Under the pieces are notes generated by a model that was not told where the DNA came from, ran no database searches, and saw only the letters and a list, made by a program, of their open reading frames with translations. A stretch of 64,000 nucleotides of DNA, taken from positions 248,001 to 312,000 of the forward strand of contig NW_026861602.1 of assembly GCF_026571515.1 (NCBI RefSeq). Direction: 5' to 3'. The stretch comes from Ruditapes philippinarum (lineage: Eukaryota). Positions within the stretch are counted from its first letter, which is position 1, and each line of letters begins with the position of its first letter. The position numbers and the translations under genes are program-made. Positions 1 through 16,200 of this stretch are shown here, one piece after another.

Positions 1-1084
1 TTTGAGATTTTAGGTTTAGAAAGCATTTAGTAAATATATTTGGTTTGGAGTGTTTAGTTAAAAAGTAATTATGTTGTAAATCTATATATATATCTATCAT
101 ATAGAACATATATGGGGCATTCTCTTAGGGACAAAATCCTAGATATATACATACCTATGTGGGGGCATTATATTGGATTTTGATTTGACATAATAGCTCA
201 ATATATATTAATATTTAATGATTTAATATACAAAAAATGTTTGCTTAGATTAAAACTTAAATACTTGAACCTTTCTATTTCATTTGTGTTAAAAGTAAAA
301 TTTTTACTTTTCCTCTATGTATCTAGAGTAACAAGGGAGATAACTCTTCAACATTTACATTCTATTCTCTTCAGATTAGTTTCCCTTGCTGCACACTAAA
401 AAAGAATTTATAATTCTTAGTATTTTAATTCACTATATTTAACAAGTTGATCATAACTTAAAAAGCAAACAATGCGAAATGAAAATAAAATGGTAATGAT
501 ACTAACAATTCTTTATTTTCTGATTTATCGAATATTGTAATATACATGTGTAACATAACATTTCTGAAATGTAGCTTTCAATGAGGAATTCTATCATTTA
601 TAACTTTCGAAAATTTAAAGAATTTCAGCACCTTTGTCTTAATTCAATAAATTTTATGTGACAGTAAATGTGCAGGATCTAAATAATTATTTTGTGTGAA
701 ATAATCACAAAAAACAAGTACAAATTCTTTGAAAATTGATATTTTACAAAATAATAAATTATCTTTTTTTCTTAAGTATTTTCAATACTTCTATAACAGA
801 ATGATAAAATAGAAAACATTTTCTATTGAAATTCATAGATTTTCTCCACATTTGAATGAATTTGATTGAGTTTTCTTTGAGTGTTCTAAAGAATCGAAAG
901 TAAAGTAGACTTAATCAAGTTCTTAAACCAAATCTAGGAAGTACATTTAATTTTGTCGACTATAATGAAAAACTGATGAAAATTTTTTAAAGGTTAAATA
1001 TCATTTTATCATTAAATTTTTATATCAAAACTTTACTATGTCTTGGTCGAGGATGGTTTTTCTATGGAGGATTTTGCGTTGCAG

Positions 1085-1200
1085 GTTCAAAGTTTTTTTC
1101 GAGGCTGGTTGTGTCGGAGAAGATGGAAGCAGATCGTGGAGCTGTATATTCGTTCCCCACATGCAGAAAGTATGAGGAAACGTAATAGCATTGTATTCAG
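1085..1200 (+). CDS. RASGRF1: RasGRF exon 1 (IQ motif)
   Basis: gcag|GTT...TTCAG|gtaatt; [38 protein letters not shown]. Confidence 0.93.
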
Positions 1201-4200
1201 GTAATTTATGAACATCCCAATATTTAACACCTTTCCCACCTCCTAAAGGTCATAAATGAACTTGTCCAGTTCCAATTCGGAACTGCCCATTATCAGTTTA
1301 AGGGAGAATTAAGGTTAATCAGCCAATAGTATAGAACCTGCATGGTCAGACTGCAGAGATAGGCTAGCCTGACTTAATACTGGTGTCTAAGGCTTAATTC
1401 TTTCGGTCCAAAAAAGTAAAAGTCATGGGTTTGATTTAATCTCCATCAATATTATGTAAAAAAAAAGAACTTTGAAACTAGAGGCTATCTGATCTGTATG
1501 AGGGGGTGTAGAAAGGTCTCCAAACTATGATACAAGCATATTTGGAGAATGTATATTATACATTGTTTACCATAGTGAGAAATATAAGTTAAAATCAGTA
1601 TATAAAGATTCTGCAGATATTCTTCACAAAAAGTTAAGTGCATGTATATTACAAAATATTGATAATTCACTATAACTACTTTCAAAACCCTTCCATCAAC
1701 AAAACAGAATGGGAACAATTTGCTTTTGTTGTGTCTCCAGAATCATCTTTACCCTACACAGCAATTTTATTCTGTAAACTAGAGCCTTCATTATAACTTG
1801 AGTATACCTCTGGCTTCATTTTGATATATAAGAATGTGACTTCTTAATGACCTTGACCTGTAACTGACCTTCAAGGTCAAGTTTTCAGAATTTAGAAAGT
1901 TTCACTTGTAACTGATTTTGGACATTAGAGTATTTCCAGGGCTTAGGGTGAAAGGTTATAACTTCTTCTTTATGTGATATGAGTTATAACTTTTTTGCAC
2001 CAAGTCCTCAGTTTGTGTTTTACAAAGATATTTTGTAAATTTCGAATAAAAAAATTAAATGAAAAATTGACTATTTCAGTATGGTAGAGTGCGAGGAAGA
2101 GTACAACCAGCAGTTGTCTACCCTGGTTACATGTTTTTTACGACCACTCAGAATGGCAGCAAGCTCTAAGAAACCTCCTATTACACATGAAGATGTTAAC
2201 TCAATATTTCTAAACAGGTAAATATACATTATCTTTCAGTCTTTTATATTTGTTGGTGGTCACACCATAGACTGATCTAGCTTTATGAAGTTTTCATTAT
2301 ATCTGGCAAGTAACTTGAAGGGGAACAGGGGTACATACCCCATACACTAATTCACTACAAGATGCTTTAAGTATATGATAGGCAAAAATATTGTAATTTG
2401 CTTAAAGGATATGTTTAAATAAAAACCTTTGAATTTGTGATGCATTGCTAGTTAAATGGAAGAGATATGTGTTAATACAACATAACTGTGATATGTTGCA
2501 AGTTAAATGGAGGGTATATGGGTTGATACAACACAAATGTGATATTTTACAAGTTAAATGGAGGATATATGGGGTGATAAAACACAAATGTGATGCATTA
2601 CAAGTTAAATGGAGGGTTTATGGGTTGATACAACACAAATGTGATGCATTACAAGTTAAATGGAGGGTTTATGGGTTGATACATCACAAATGATATGCAT
2701 TACAAGTTAAATGGAGGGTATATGGGTTGATACATCACAAATGTTATGCATTACAAGTTAAATGGAGAGTATATGGGCTGATACATCACAAATGTGATAC
2801 ATAACAAGTTAAATGGAGGATATATGGGTTGATACAACACAAATGTGATGCATTACAAGTTAAAAGGAGAATATATGGGTTGATACAACACAAGTGTGAT
2901 GCATTACAAGTTAAATGGAGAGTATATGGGTTGATACATCACGAATGTGATGCATTACAAGTTAAATGGAGGATATTGGTTGATACATCACGAATGTGAT
3001 AGATTACAAGTTAAATGGAGGAAATATGGGTTGATACAAGTTGCATAAATGATATATGGGTATTATTTAGCTGGCTGTGATACAATAAAAGTTACATGAA
3101 TGAAATTTATTCCTGATTGTAATAAATTACATAATTCTTGAATATATTGGACAATCTATTTGATGGATATATGAGAATACACCCAAACTAAAATAATTAT
3201 GAGATAGAAAATTTTACTGTGATACATTGCATTTATTGGATATATGGGAGAAAAATTCCTTAACTGTGATACATTACAAGCTAATGAGTATTAATAGGAT
3301 AAAAAATGCCTGATACAATACAAGCAAGCTACTAAATGGATATAAAAGAGAATATACCATAATTGAAATACATTACAAGCTGTTTGATGGATATGTGGGA
3401 GAAAAAAATGCTGTGATATATAACAAATTTGCTTGATGGATATATGGAAGATAATACCCTAACTGTTATACATGTGAGGTTGTTAGGTTGTTTGATGGAT
3501 ATATGGGAGATAAAAAAACTGTAACTGTGATACATTACAAGTTGTTTGATGGATATATGAGAAAACACCCTTTTTAAAATATATTACAAGTTTCCTGATA
3601 GTTATGTAGGCAAAGAACCTTAACTGTGATACATCACAAGCTGTTTGATTGATATATGGGATAAAAATACTGTGATACATTACATTTTATGGATATATGG
3701 GAGAAAAATCCCTCACCACTGTCACTGTGATACATTACAATCTAATGATGGATTAATGGGAGAATAAAATCCCCAACTGATACATTACAAGTTGCCAAAT
3801 GGATATATAAGAGAATACACATTAAATGGGATTCATTACATGCTGTTTGGTGGATATATGGGGGAAAAAAATGCTGTGATAACAACTGCTTTATGAATAT
3901 TTGGGAACTGTGTTATACATGTAAGGTTATTTGATGGATATATGGGAGAAAAATACTCTCACTGTGATACATTACAAGTTGCTTGATTGATATATGGGAT
4001 AAAAAATACTGTGATACATTACATTTAATGAATGTATGGGAGAAACAAAACCCAACTGATAAGTTGCCTAATAGATATATAAGAGAATACACCCTAACTG
4101 TGATACATTGCAAGTTGCCCGATGGATATATGGGAGAATACACCCTTACTGCGATACATTGCAATTTGCCTAATGGATATATGGGAGAGTACACCCTTAC

Positions 4201-7200
4201 TGCGATACATTGCAATTTGCCTAATGGATATATGGGAGAGTACACCCTTACTGTGATACATTGCAAGTTGCCCGATGGATATATGGGAGAATACACTCTT
4301 ACTGCGATACATTGCAATTTGCCTAATGGATATATGGGAGAGTACACCCTTACTGCGATACATTGCAATTTGCCTAATGGATATATGGGAGAGTACACCC
4401 TTACTGTGATACATTGCAAGTTGCCCGATGGATATATGGGAGAATACACCCTTACTGCGATACATTGCAATTTGCCTAATGGATATATGGGAGAGTACAC
4501 CCTTACTGCGATACATTGCAATTTGCCTAATGGATATATGGGAGAGTACACCCTTACTGCGATACATTGCAAGTTGCCCGATGGATATATGGGAGAATAC
4601 ACCCTTACTGCGATACATTGCAATTTGCCTAATGGATATATGGGAGAGTACACCCTAACTGTGATATATTGCAATTTGCCTAATGGATATATGGGAGAGT
4701 ACACCCTAACTGTGATATATTGCAATTTGCCTAATGGATATATGGGAGAATACACCCTAACTGTGATATATTACAAGTTGCCTAATGGATATATGGGAGA
4801 GTACACCCTAACTGTGATATATTGCAAGTTGCCTAATGGATATATGGGAGAATACACCCTAACTGTGATACATAATTTGCAAATTGCCTAATGGATATAA
4901 TGGGAGAAAAGACCATAATAGTGATATATTACAAGCTGTTTTGGGAGAAAATGTATTTTTACTGTGATACATTGCAAGTTTCCTAATGGATATTTTTGTA
5001 TTAGCAAACAAATCCTGATTGCATGTGGAACACCTTTTTAGAGTAAATATGTTCTTAAACATCATATTCAACAACAATGTATACAATGCCTGAAAAAGAA
5101 TTTATTTTTCATATTTAGAAAGGCATTTAGATTTTGAAGAGAATGTTTTATCAGATTTATTTTATTTTATACTTTTTATTTCAGTGAGACTTTGTTGTTT
5201 CTCCATCAAATATTTTTCAAAGGTCTATGTGCAAGACTTGAAAACTGGCCCACATTAGTGTTGGGTGAGTACATTTATGAAAACAAATTTAATTATAATA
5301 CTGAAAGTCTGTAATTTGATAACTGATTTGTGTATAAATATATACACGTCTGCTGTGAAATTATGAAGATATCCTCTAAAAAAGGAAGTTTGCTTTATTA
5401 CAAATTCATTATAAAGATTCTTGACATGTTATATGGCCATATATAAACGCTTGTTTGCAATATAACCCTCATCTAGCAACTCAGGTTATATATACAAACA
5501 GCCATTTATATTGGGCCATATAACCTTTCAAAAATCTTTATAACTAATAATATAAGAGGATACATTAACAGTGTGTCCAAATCACTTTCTAGTTCCACTT
5601 TTTAAGAGATTATGTTGTTTACTAGCCCTTTACCAGTCCTATTGTCACAAAATCTGTGACATATGTGTTGAATGATACAATTTTGACCTTTAAATGACCT
5701 TGACTGTGGAGGTCAAATTATTGAAATTTGCTTAAATTGTCATAACTTTAGTGATAGATTCATACTTTCAAGTCTTAACAACACTTATGACACAACCCTC
5801 TCTGCAGTGGCTCTTGTTTCTTACTTTATGACTTGTATCATTATAGGTGATTTGTTTGACATGTTGTTGCCTATGCTGTGTATATACCAGGAGTATGTTA
5901 GAAACCATCATTACAGTCTACAGGTTCTTGCCGAATACAAACAAAAACCGGAATTTAACAATCTGCTAAAACGTTACGAGGAGAAACCTGCGTGTGAAAC
6001 AAGGACACTAGAGATCTTCCTTACTTATCCTATGCATCAAGTTAGTATACTACATTTGATGTAGCCTCAAATGAGAAATTGTTTTTTGTTGAAGACTCAA
6101 GTGAGAAATTATTTTTTGATGAAGCCTAAAGTTAGAAGTTGTTTTTTTGATGTAGCCTCAATTAAGAAATTGTTTTATGATGTAGCCTCGAGTGAGAAAT
6201 TGTTTGTTTTTATGTAGCCTCGAGTAAAAAATTTTTTTTTGATGTAGACTCAAGTGAGAAATTGTTTTTTGATGTAGCCTCGAGTAAAAAATTGTTTTTT
6301 GATGTAGACTCATGTGAGAAATTGTTTTTTGATGTAGACTCAAGTGAGAAATTGTTTTATGATGTATCCTTGAGTGAGACATTGTTTTTGGATGAAGCCT
6401 AGAGTGAGAAATTGTTTTTTATATAGCCTCTAGTGAGAAATTGTTTTTTGATGTAGCCTAAGTGAGAAATTGTTTTTTTTTATGTAGCTTCAAGTGAGAA
6501 ATTGTTTTAAGATGTAGCCTCGAGTGAGAAATTGTTTTTTTTATGTAGCCTAAAGTAAAAAAAAAAATTTTATTTAGACTGAAGTGAGAAATTGTTTTTT
6601 GATGAAGCCTCAAGTAAAAAATTGTTTTTTGATGTAGACTCAAGTGAGAAATTATTTTTTGATGTTGCCTCAAGTAAGAAGTTGTTTTTTAGCTCACCTG
6701 AGCTTGCTCAGGGTGAGCTTTTAGGATCGGTGAATGTCCGTCGTCCGTCGTCCGTCGTCCGTCCGGCCGTCCACAATTTCTTGTGAACACTCTAGCGGTC
6801 GCATTTTTGCCTCAATCATCATCAAACTTGGTCAGGATGCTTATCTAGTTGAAAGCTCGGATGAGTTCGAACATGGGTCATCTCGGATGAAAAACTAGGT
6901 CACAAGAGCTAAAAATAGAAAAACCTTGTGAACACTCTAGAGGTCACATTTTTGACCCAATCATCATCAAACTTGGTCAGGATGTTTGTCTAGGTGATAG
7001 CTCGGATGAGTTCGAACATGGGTCATCTCGGATGAAAAAGTAGGTCACAGGAGCTATAAATAGAAAAACCTTGTGAACACTCTAGTGGTCACATTTTTGA
7101 ACCAATCATCATCAAACTTGGTCAGAATGCTTGTCTAGTCAATTGCTTGGATGAGTTCGAACATGGGTCATCTCTGATGAAAAACTAGGTCACAGGAACT

Positions 7201-10200
7201 AAAAATAGAAAAACCTTGTGAACACTCTAGTGGTCACATTTTTGACCCAATCATCATCAAACTTTGTCAGGATGCTTGTTTAGATAATAGCTCAGATGAG
7301 TTCGAATATGGGTCATCTCGGATGAAAAACTAGGTCACCGGAGCTATAAATAGAAAAACCTTGTTAACACTTTAGCGGTCACATTTTTGCATCAATCATC
7401 ATCAAACTTGATCAAGATGCTTGTCTAGGTGATAGCTCGGATGAGTTCGAACATGGGTCATCTCGGATGAAAAACTAGGTCACAGGAGCTAAAAATAGAA
7501 AAACCTTGTTAACACTCTAGTGGTCACAATTTTGACTCAATTGTCATCAAACTTGGTCAGGAAACTTGAATAGGTCATTGCTTGGAATAAATCGAACATG
7601 GACATCTCGGATGAAAAACTAGGTCACATGAGCTAAAAATAGAAAAATCTTGTTAACACTCTAGTGGCTACTGTTGTGATCCAAATATTCTGTTAATTGG
7701 TCTGAAAGTTTTTTTTGATGATTTCTAAGTCAAGATCAAACATGGGTCATCTTGGATGAAAAACTAGGTCACACCGCCCAAATATGGAAAAACCTTGTTA
7801 ACATTCTAGTGGTCACATTTTCGACTCGATTATCATCAAACTTGGTCAGGATGCTTGTCTAGGTAATTGCTTGGATTAGTTCGAAATCGCATGTGAAACT
7901 AGGTCACCGGAGCTAAAAATAGAAAAATCTTGTTAACACTCTAGTTGCTACTGTTTTGATCCAAGTATCCTGGAAATTGGTCTGAAAGTTTGTTTTGATG
8001 ATTTCTAGGTCAAGTTTGAATATGTGTCACCTGGGTAAAAAACTAGGTCGCACTGCTCAAATATGGATAATCCTTGTTAACACTGAGTCACATTTTTGAC
8101 TCACCTGTCATGAGACTTGGTCAGAATGCTTGTCTAGGTAATTGTTTGGATGAGTTTGATAATTCAGGTGAGCGATCTAGGGCCATCATGGCCCTCTTGT
8201 TTTATGTAGCCTCGATTGAGAAATTGTTTTTTTTTATGTAGCCTCGAGTAAAAAATTTTTTTTTGATGTAGACTCAAGTGAGAAATTGTTTTTTGATGTA
8301 GCCTTGAGTAAAAAATTGTTTTTTGATGTAGACTCATGAGAGAAATTGTTTTTTGATGTAGACTCAAGTAAGAAATTGTTTTTTGATGTAGCCTCGAGTA
8401 AAAAATTGTTATTGGATGTAGCCTAGAGTGATAAATTGTTTTTTGATGTAGCCTAAATGAGAAATTGTTTTTTTTATGTAGCCTCAAGTGAGAAATTGTT
8501 TTTTGATGTAGCCTCGAGTGAGAAATTGTTTTTTTGATGTAGCCTCGAGTGAAAAATTGTTTTATGATGTAGCCTTGAGTGAGAAATTGTTTTATGATGT
8601 AGCCTCGAGTAAGAAATTGGTTTTTGATGTAGCCTCGAGTGAGTAATTGTTTTTTGATGTAGGCTTGAGTGAGAAATTGTTTTGTGGCGTCATTGATTTG
8701 TCATTACTTTTGGGTTATCCAATATCAAAAAGGTCATTGGTGTATATAAGTGATTGTCTTTTATTTAAGATATGAAAAATAATATTAATATTAGAAATAT
8801 GGATGCATTATTTTCTATAGAAATTCTACAACATTCTCAAAGTTAGAAATGAAACAATTTATTTACATCTTTATATCAAAAATATACAAAATATTAATAA
8901 ACAATTATTAATATTTTAAATCAAACAAAATTGTTCATGCTCTGGGCTTTCTGAAGAGTGCAATTCAAAATGTACAAATAATGGCAAACAGAGTGTTCTG
9001 TGAGTGAAACAGGTAATAGTCCTTGTCTTGTAGGCAGGAATGGGTTTTAAGCCCTAGCTGTTATTTTCCTGAAGTATTTTTCTGAACTACAGTTGAGGCA
9101 ATAGTGTACACTTTTCTTTTTGCATAATTAAAACCAGATTTTAAAACCAGATTTTATGAGGTGAAGTATTGTCTCCATCTATTTTCAGATACCCCGTTAC
9201 ATCATTACATTACATGAACTACTAGCACACACTCCACATGATCACGTGGAGAGAAACAGTCTAGAATATGCTAAAAGTAAACTGGAGGAATTATCTAAGG
9301 TAAGTTGTTGGATTCAAAAAGATACAGGAATATGTCTGAGTCCTGACATGTCAAAAAAACTCAGAGGAATGCGTTTAATGTATTTTAAAAACAAGCTGTA
9401 CATATATAAGATTCTTGAAGTCTTGTGAATATGGTAAAAATTAGATGAAGAAGGCATTAAATTATGAATATGTTATAAGTTAAACTATAAAGTTATCATT
9501 TTATTATTATCACAATTAAACATGAACTTCTAACATCTCAATGTAATTCCTTCGTTGTTATTAAGAATCATTGGCAACTTAAGTATTGTGCTTTTGGCCT
9601 TAGACTTTTGTATTATAGTTGTAGATGGAAATTTGGCCATATTTCACTAGAAATTGTAAGTTTTATTCTGTTCCCAAAAACGTTGACTACCAAATTATTT
9701 TAATATTTCAAATATTTTCAGATTATGCATGACGAGGTGAGTGAAACCGAGAATATACGGAAGAATTTGTCAATCGAGCGTATGATTATAGAAGGTTGCG
9801 ATATTCTCCTGGATGTTAACCAAACTTTTGTTAGACAGGGTACGTATTTTTTTAAGATATTTTTATTTTTTCAAACAGGTAATATTATAGGAACACCCCG
9901 GGCAGATGGAAGGTCTGGCAGGCAGCGCCCAATTTTGTCCGGTACATATCTCCACACATGGAGGGATTTTATTTAAACTACATAGAAATGTTCACCACTA
10001 TGAAAATCCATGTCATGGGCATGAACCAGGTCTCTCTAGGTTAAAGGTCAAGGTCACACATGGAGCTTATTGAAAAATGCTTGTCCAGAGCAAAACTTTT
10101 ACATGCGAAGAGGGTTTTCAATTTACTTGGTACAAATGTTCAACATTGAGAGGTGGAGTGTCTTGCACAAAATTCAGGTCCCTTTGGCTAAGGTCAAGGT

Positions 10201-13200
10201 CACATATAAGGGTCAAAGTTCAAATAAAAATATAAAAATGTGTATAGGGACCATTTAGTCATCATTTATTGAGGAATTGTGAACAAATGGTCAGTATTAT
10301 GACAACATCTGTGACACTTGTTATTAAGGTCAATATATGCATGGTCAAGGTCACTGAAGATGATGAAATATCCATATTTCCTACACGCATGGAGGGATTT
10401 TTATGAAACTTTATAGAAATGTTCACCACTATGAGAAGCTGTGTCGCGGGCATGAACCAGAGCTCCACTTTAAAGGTCAAGTTCATACTTACAGGTCATT
10501 GAATAAAGGCTTGTTCAGAGTAACACATCTGCATGCATAAAGGGACTTCAATTTAACTTGGCAGAGATGTTTACCATTGTGAGGCAGAGTGTGGTGTGCA
10601 AATTTCAGGTCCCTGTGGTCAAGGTCAAACATAAGGGTCAAAGTTCAGATAAAGATATGAAAATGTGTATAGGTATCATTTAGTCAACATTTATTGAGGG
10701 ATTGTAACACAAATGGTCCTTAACATAGCTACATCTGTGACACTTGTACTTTAAGTCAATGTATGCAAGGTCAAGAACACTAAAGATGATGTAATATCTA
10801 GATTTTGTCTGGAACCTATCTCCTACATGCAATGAGGGGTTTTAATGAAACTTCATAGAAATGTTCACTTCTATAAGAAGCTATGGAGCACCCATGAACC
10901 AAGTCTGTAGGTCAAAGGTCAAGATCTCACATAGGAGGTATCAAATAGTGGTCATTAAAAAAGCTTGTCTGGAGCAAAAGTTCTACATGCATGGAGGGAT
11001 TTTAATTTAACACAAATGTTCACCATAATGATTGTAAGGTAGAGTGTCAGGCCCAAAATGCAAGGTCACATATAGGGGTAAAAGTTCAGATAAAAAAGTG
11101 AAGATGTGTATAAGGACCATTTAGTCATCATTTATTGAGGGATTGTAATACAAATGGTCATCATCATGACTACTGCCATGACACTTGTATGTTAGGTCAT
11201 AGTCTCTAAAAGATGATGAAATATCTGAATTTTGTCTATAGCATATCTCCTATATGCATGGAAGAATTTTTATGATAATTTATAGAAAAGTTTACCACCA
11301 TTAAATGTATTGCTTCATACATGATCCAGTTCAAAGGTAAGGGTCACACTAAGAGCTTATTTCAATGCCTATCTATAATGCCCACCAAAAGCTTTTATGA
11401 TATATTTTGTAACAATTTTGCCCTTGTTCCTTTATTATGACTCTGTTATTATAATTCTGCAGTTATGATTTTGGTACTATTATTCAGTCATGATGATTCT
11501 TTTATTATGACTCTGTTATTATGATTCTGGTATTATGTTTCTGTTATAATGATTCTGTTATTATGATTATGACTGTGTTATTGTTATTCTGTTATTATGA
11601 TAGTGAATCTTGCTATTATTATTCTGTTATAATGATTCTAGTATTATGATTCTGTTATCATGATAATGTTATTATGATTCTGTTATTATGACTCTGTTAT
11701 TATGATTCTTGTATTATTATTCTGTTATTATGATTCACTTATTATGACTCTGTTATTTTGACTGTTATTCTGATTCTGTTAAAGATGCACATTCCTCGAA
11801 TGTGAAAATAAAATTTGATGTAATCAAACTGAAATCTGAAGTGAATCTAAAAACAAACTTGTTTATTGCAATATATGACAAAATTTCTGTTTCTATCACC
11901 ATATTTCTACAACATTGCAAATAAAGCTGCTTTTAAAGTTCTGAAGCTATATTGCATTTTTGCTTCTAGTGAAAAGTTTGTTTTTTATGCCCCTAGGCAT
12001 ATAGTGATTGAACCGTCCGTCCATCCGTCTGTCCGTACGAGGTTAACCTAGAACGGCAAGTTGGATTTTTTTTAGGCTCTACCTGTACCAATTGCTTCTA
12101 AGTTTACACACTTACTAATCAATACAATGTACATGATCTGGGCAAGTTACATAACTCTGGCTTTCATATTTACCAAGTTATTGCCCTTTTCAGCACTTAG
12201 AAAATGAATAATGGTTAACCTAAAACGGCAAGTTGGAAATATCTTAAGTTCTATCTATACTAATGTGGCTTTATAATTTCCACACTTACTTATCAATACA
12301 AAGTACATAGTATTGCCAAGTTATATAACTGTGTCATCCATATTTCCCAGTTATTTCCCTTTTTTCACTTTGAAAATAGGGCCTTGTCTGGTTAACCTAT
12401 TTCGGCTAGTTGGATTTATCTTAAATTTCTCCTAATTGCTTAATTTCTTTAATGATATCTTTCATATTTAGTAGGTGAATACCTTTGATGGTCCTAATTT
12501 TTTGTGGAGTAAGCGGTCTCTAGGGTCAAGGTCACTGGTTTAAAAAATAAATATAAACATTTTTGCTCATACAGCCTTTATATTTTAGTTGATGTTTTAG
12601 TTTAATACAAACATGCCAAGGGAGGTCCTTCTTTGGGTGTAGTAAGGGGTCATTTGGGTCAAGGTCAATGTTACCAATATCAAGGTCACCAATGTTAAAA
12701 ATAGATTTTTACATTTTTACAGGTGTATTGTCCTTATTCTATAAACAGATGTTATTTATAATTGATAGAAACATAAACTTTGATGGAGTTAGTGGTCAGT
12801 TGGGTCAAGGTCACCAGTGCTAAAAATAGATTTTTACACTTTTGCTCATACAGCCTTTATTAAGTGACAGATATATTTTATATTTGGTAGGAAGATAACT
12901 TGCATGGTCATCATTTTGATTGGGGTAGGGATCAGTGGGTCAAGGTCACTTGTGCTAAAAATAGATTTTTACACTTTTGCCCATACATCTTTTATTTATT
13001 GACAGATGTATTTCATATTTGGTAGGAAGATAACTTGCATGGTATTCTTCCTTTGGATGGAGTAAGGAGTCAGTTGGGTCAAGGTCACCAGTGCTAAACA
13101 TAGATTTTTACACTTTTGCCCATACAGCCTTTATTTATTGACAGATGCATTTCATATTTGGTAGGAAGATAACTTACATGGTATTCTTCTTTTGGATAGA

Positions 13201-16200
13201 GTTAGGGGTCAGTTTGGTTAAGGTCACCAGTGCTAAAAATAGATTTTTACACTTTTGCCCATACAGCCTTTATTTAATGACAGATGTATTTCATATTTGG
13301 TAGGAAGATAACTTGCATGAAGTTGAATATTTTTCATCTTCACAAGTCAGAGCAATGACTTGGCAACTTATATTTTTCACAATTACAAAATGCTATGACT
13401 TTGTCAAGCTATATAACTTGTGTTTACAATTTTTTGGCAATTTTTCTGTCCATAACTGAGTGAATGGGTAAACATTTTTTGAAATATTGCTACTGACAAG
13501 AATCTGAGCCGGGGGCATTTGTGTTTAACAAACACGTTCTTGTTCTTGTTAAGAATCATACAAATGTACCTAAATTGAATTAATAATGTTTTGAGTTTAT
13601 AAATTATCAATAAAGCAATTGGCATATGCTTGTAAAATAAACACAAACTCAGTAAACTTTCAAGTCATCAAGAACTAGCATTTTAATATTTTTGTGACAA
13701 GAACTTGATTTTATAATTCATTTATTAAACAACATAAATAAATTTTGCAAAGACTGTTCAGATATGTTATTGTAAGAACAATGACAAAGACAAAGTGATT
13801 GAATGTGAAGTTTTTAAAATTAATTTGCCAGTTTTTAATTTACAACCTTGTGATATCATGCAGTACATACAAGATGTTTACATTTCCCTCAATCTAGTAA
13901 GTCACATTAAATGAATAAAAACACAACTCAGTCTACTTTTCAATTTCAAATTGTAATTTGTAACTGAAGCACTTGGGTAACCAATGAATAAAAAGTAAAT
14001 GTTTATTTATTTATATAGTTCTATTAAAAATTCTTGACAAGTAGAAATCCTTCAAGAGCAATTAAAATAAAATTAGGCAAAAATTGCAGTTTCATTTAGA
14101 TTAAGTCTGTATATTAGGCAAGGAATAATTTATTCCTCATCTAAAGTACCAACTAAAACATTATTTAATCTGCACAACTGCAAAAGATTATACAATTGAT
14201 CGGGGAAAAAACACAGAAAAATATAACCTTTGCATGAAGTAAAAAATATAATATCATGTCATCAGTTTCTGTTATGTTAAACAGTTATAGACAGTTTCTA
14301 AAGTGTTCAGCACACTGTCATGAATTACTAAGTTTCTGTAATGTTTAACATACAATCATAAACAGTTTCTGTAATATGTAACATACTGTCATGGACAGTT
14401 CCTGAAATACTTAAACATATTGTCATGAATATTTCCCATAATGTTAAACACACTGTCAAATTGGGAAGTTCCTGTTATGCTGAACATACAGACATGAACA
14501 GTTACTGAAATCTTTAACACACTGTCACAGAAGTTCCTGTAATGTGTATCAAACAATCTTTGACAGTTCCTGTAATGTGAACATACTGTCATGGAAGTTT
14601 TTGTAATGTTAAACAGTCATAGACTATTTATAATGTGTTGAACATAACTGTCATGAATAGATCCTATAATGTTCAACACACTGTTGTGAATTGTTCCTTT
14701 AGTGTTAAACATAATGTCATGGACAGTTGCTGAAATATTAAACAAACTGTCAGTGATATTTCCTGTAATATTGAACACTCTGTCTTGGACAGTTCCTGTA
14801 ATGCTAAAAAAACTGATCAGTTTCTAAAGTTTGAACTGTCATTAATTGATCCCGTAATGTTAACTTACTGTCATGCAAGTTTCTGTAATATTAAACAGTC
14901 ACAGACAGTTTTTAAAGTGTTCAACACACTGTCATGGAAGATCCTATAATGTAAAACACACTGTCATTGACAGTTCATGTTATGTTGAACACATTGTCAA
15001 AGACATAACACATTGTCAAAGACATATCATAAATGTACTAATGAATTTAATTTTAAGGACAATTTCTGAAAATCTGAACACACAATCATAAGGATAGTTC
15101 TTATAAAGTGTTGAACACTATCGAGGTCCATTATATGGTTACTCAAAGACATGGACTGATAATTCTGTGCCGACATGGACAGTCCAAACAATGTGTTACA
15201 CTTTTATATATACTGTGATTGACAGCTCAAGCTCTCAAAACCATTCATTAATTGAACCTGTTACACTAACATTGAAATCAGGGAAAATCATTACATGTTG
15301 TGGACGCTACAATTTAGATACAAAGTTCAACAACCTTGTTGAGTATTAATAGATCCACTAATTGGATTGGTTCCATTATGTGGAAAAATTATAACTCACA
15401 CTGTATAAATCATTTCCAATTATAGAAAGGGCGTAAAACTGTATTTTGATACAAAGATTTTCACAGAACATAATTTATAGGCCTTTAAACAGTTTTGTCA
15501 TATATAGTCTATTATATTTATAGCATTATTTGTTGTATTGAGATAAAAAAAAAAATGAGAGGAAAAAAATGGACTGATTAGTGACAATCATCGGCACCTT
15601 AGAACAGTGTAATGACTGTATATGATTATAGGAAGAAACGTGGGCAGCCGATATTGGAAATCAATAACTGTACATAGCTTAGGCTAGCTATTGGTTTTTT
15701 TCCTGATCGTCCTATTCCATCTCAATATGTTAAACATGAGGCTAGAGCCGTTTTTTCAAATCATTTTCAAAAGATCGTATTGAATATTTGTGTTTCCTGA
15801 CCAGAACTGATTCCTGTTTTTAATATAATTGTACCGTATTGGAAATACCGAACGGAAATGAGGTCACAGATTTTCACGTAGAAAAAAAAAGAATTTGGTG
15901 AGTTTTTACACAAGCTGTCTAAGACATGGTATTTTGTCTGTGGGAGTACTTCAGAGTTTTCTTAGAGTGATTTCCCTTTGCTATGTGGTTAAAGATGGCA
16001 GTAGTGGGATAATATAATCATGTTTTAAGAAAAATTGTTGATATGTGCGACATTTTTTGCTCTTCAATGATTTTTAAAAACGTGTATCATTTCTGATAAG
16101 GTTTGAGTGATAAGATAATATTAGTTTTGAGTTATATATGATCTTGTACTAATAAAGAAATTTCTTGTTTTCATATTATAAGAAAAGTGATTACATTAAA

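Noticed and set aside
3913-4891. 280-302 aa ORFs with 17-residue Cys/His repeats
   Set aside because: By-product of a 51 bp (multiple of 3) intronic minisatellite; open on both strands and not needed by the exon chain.
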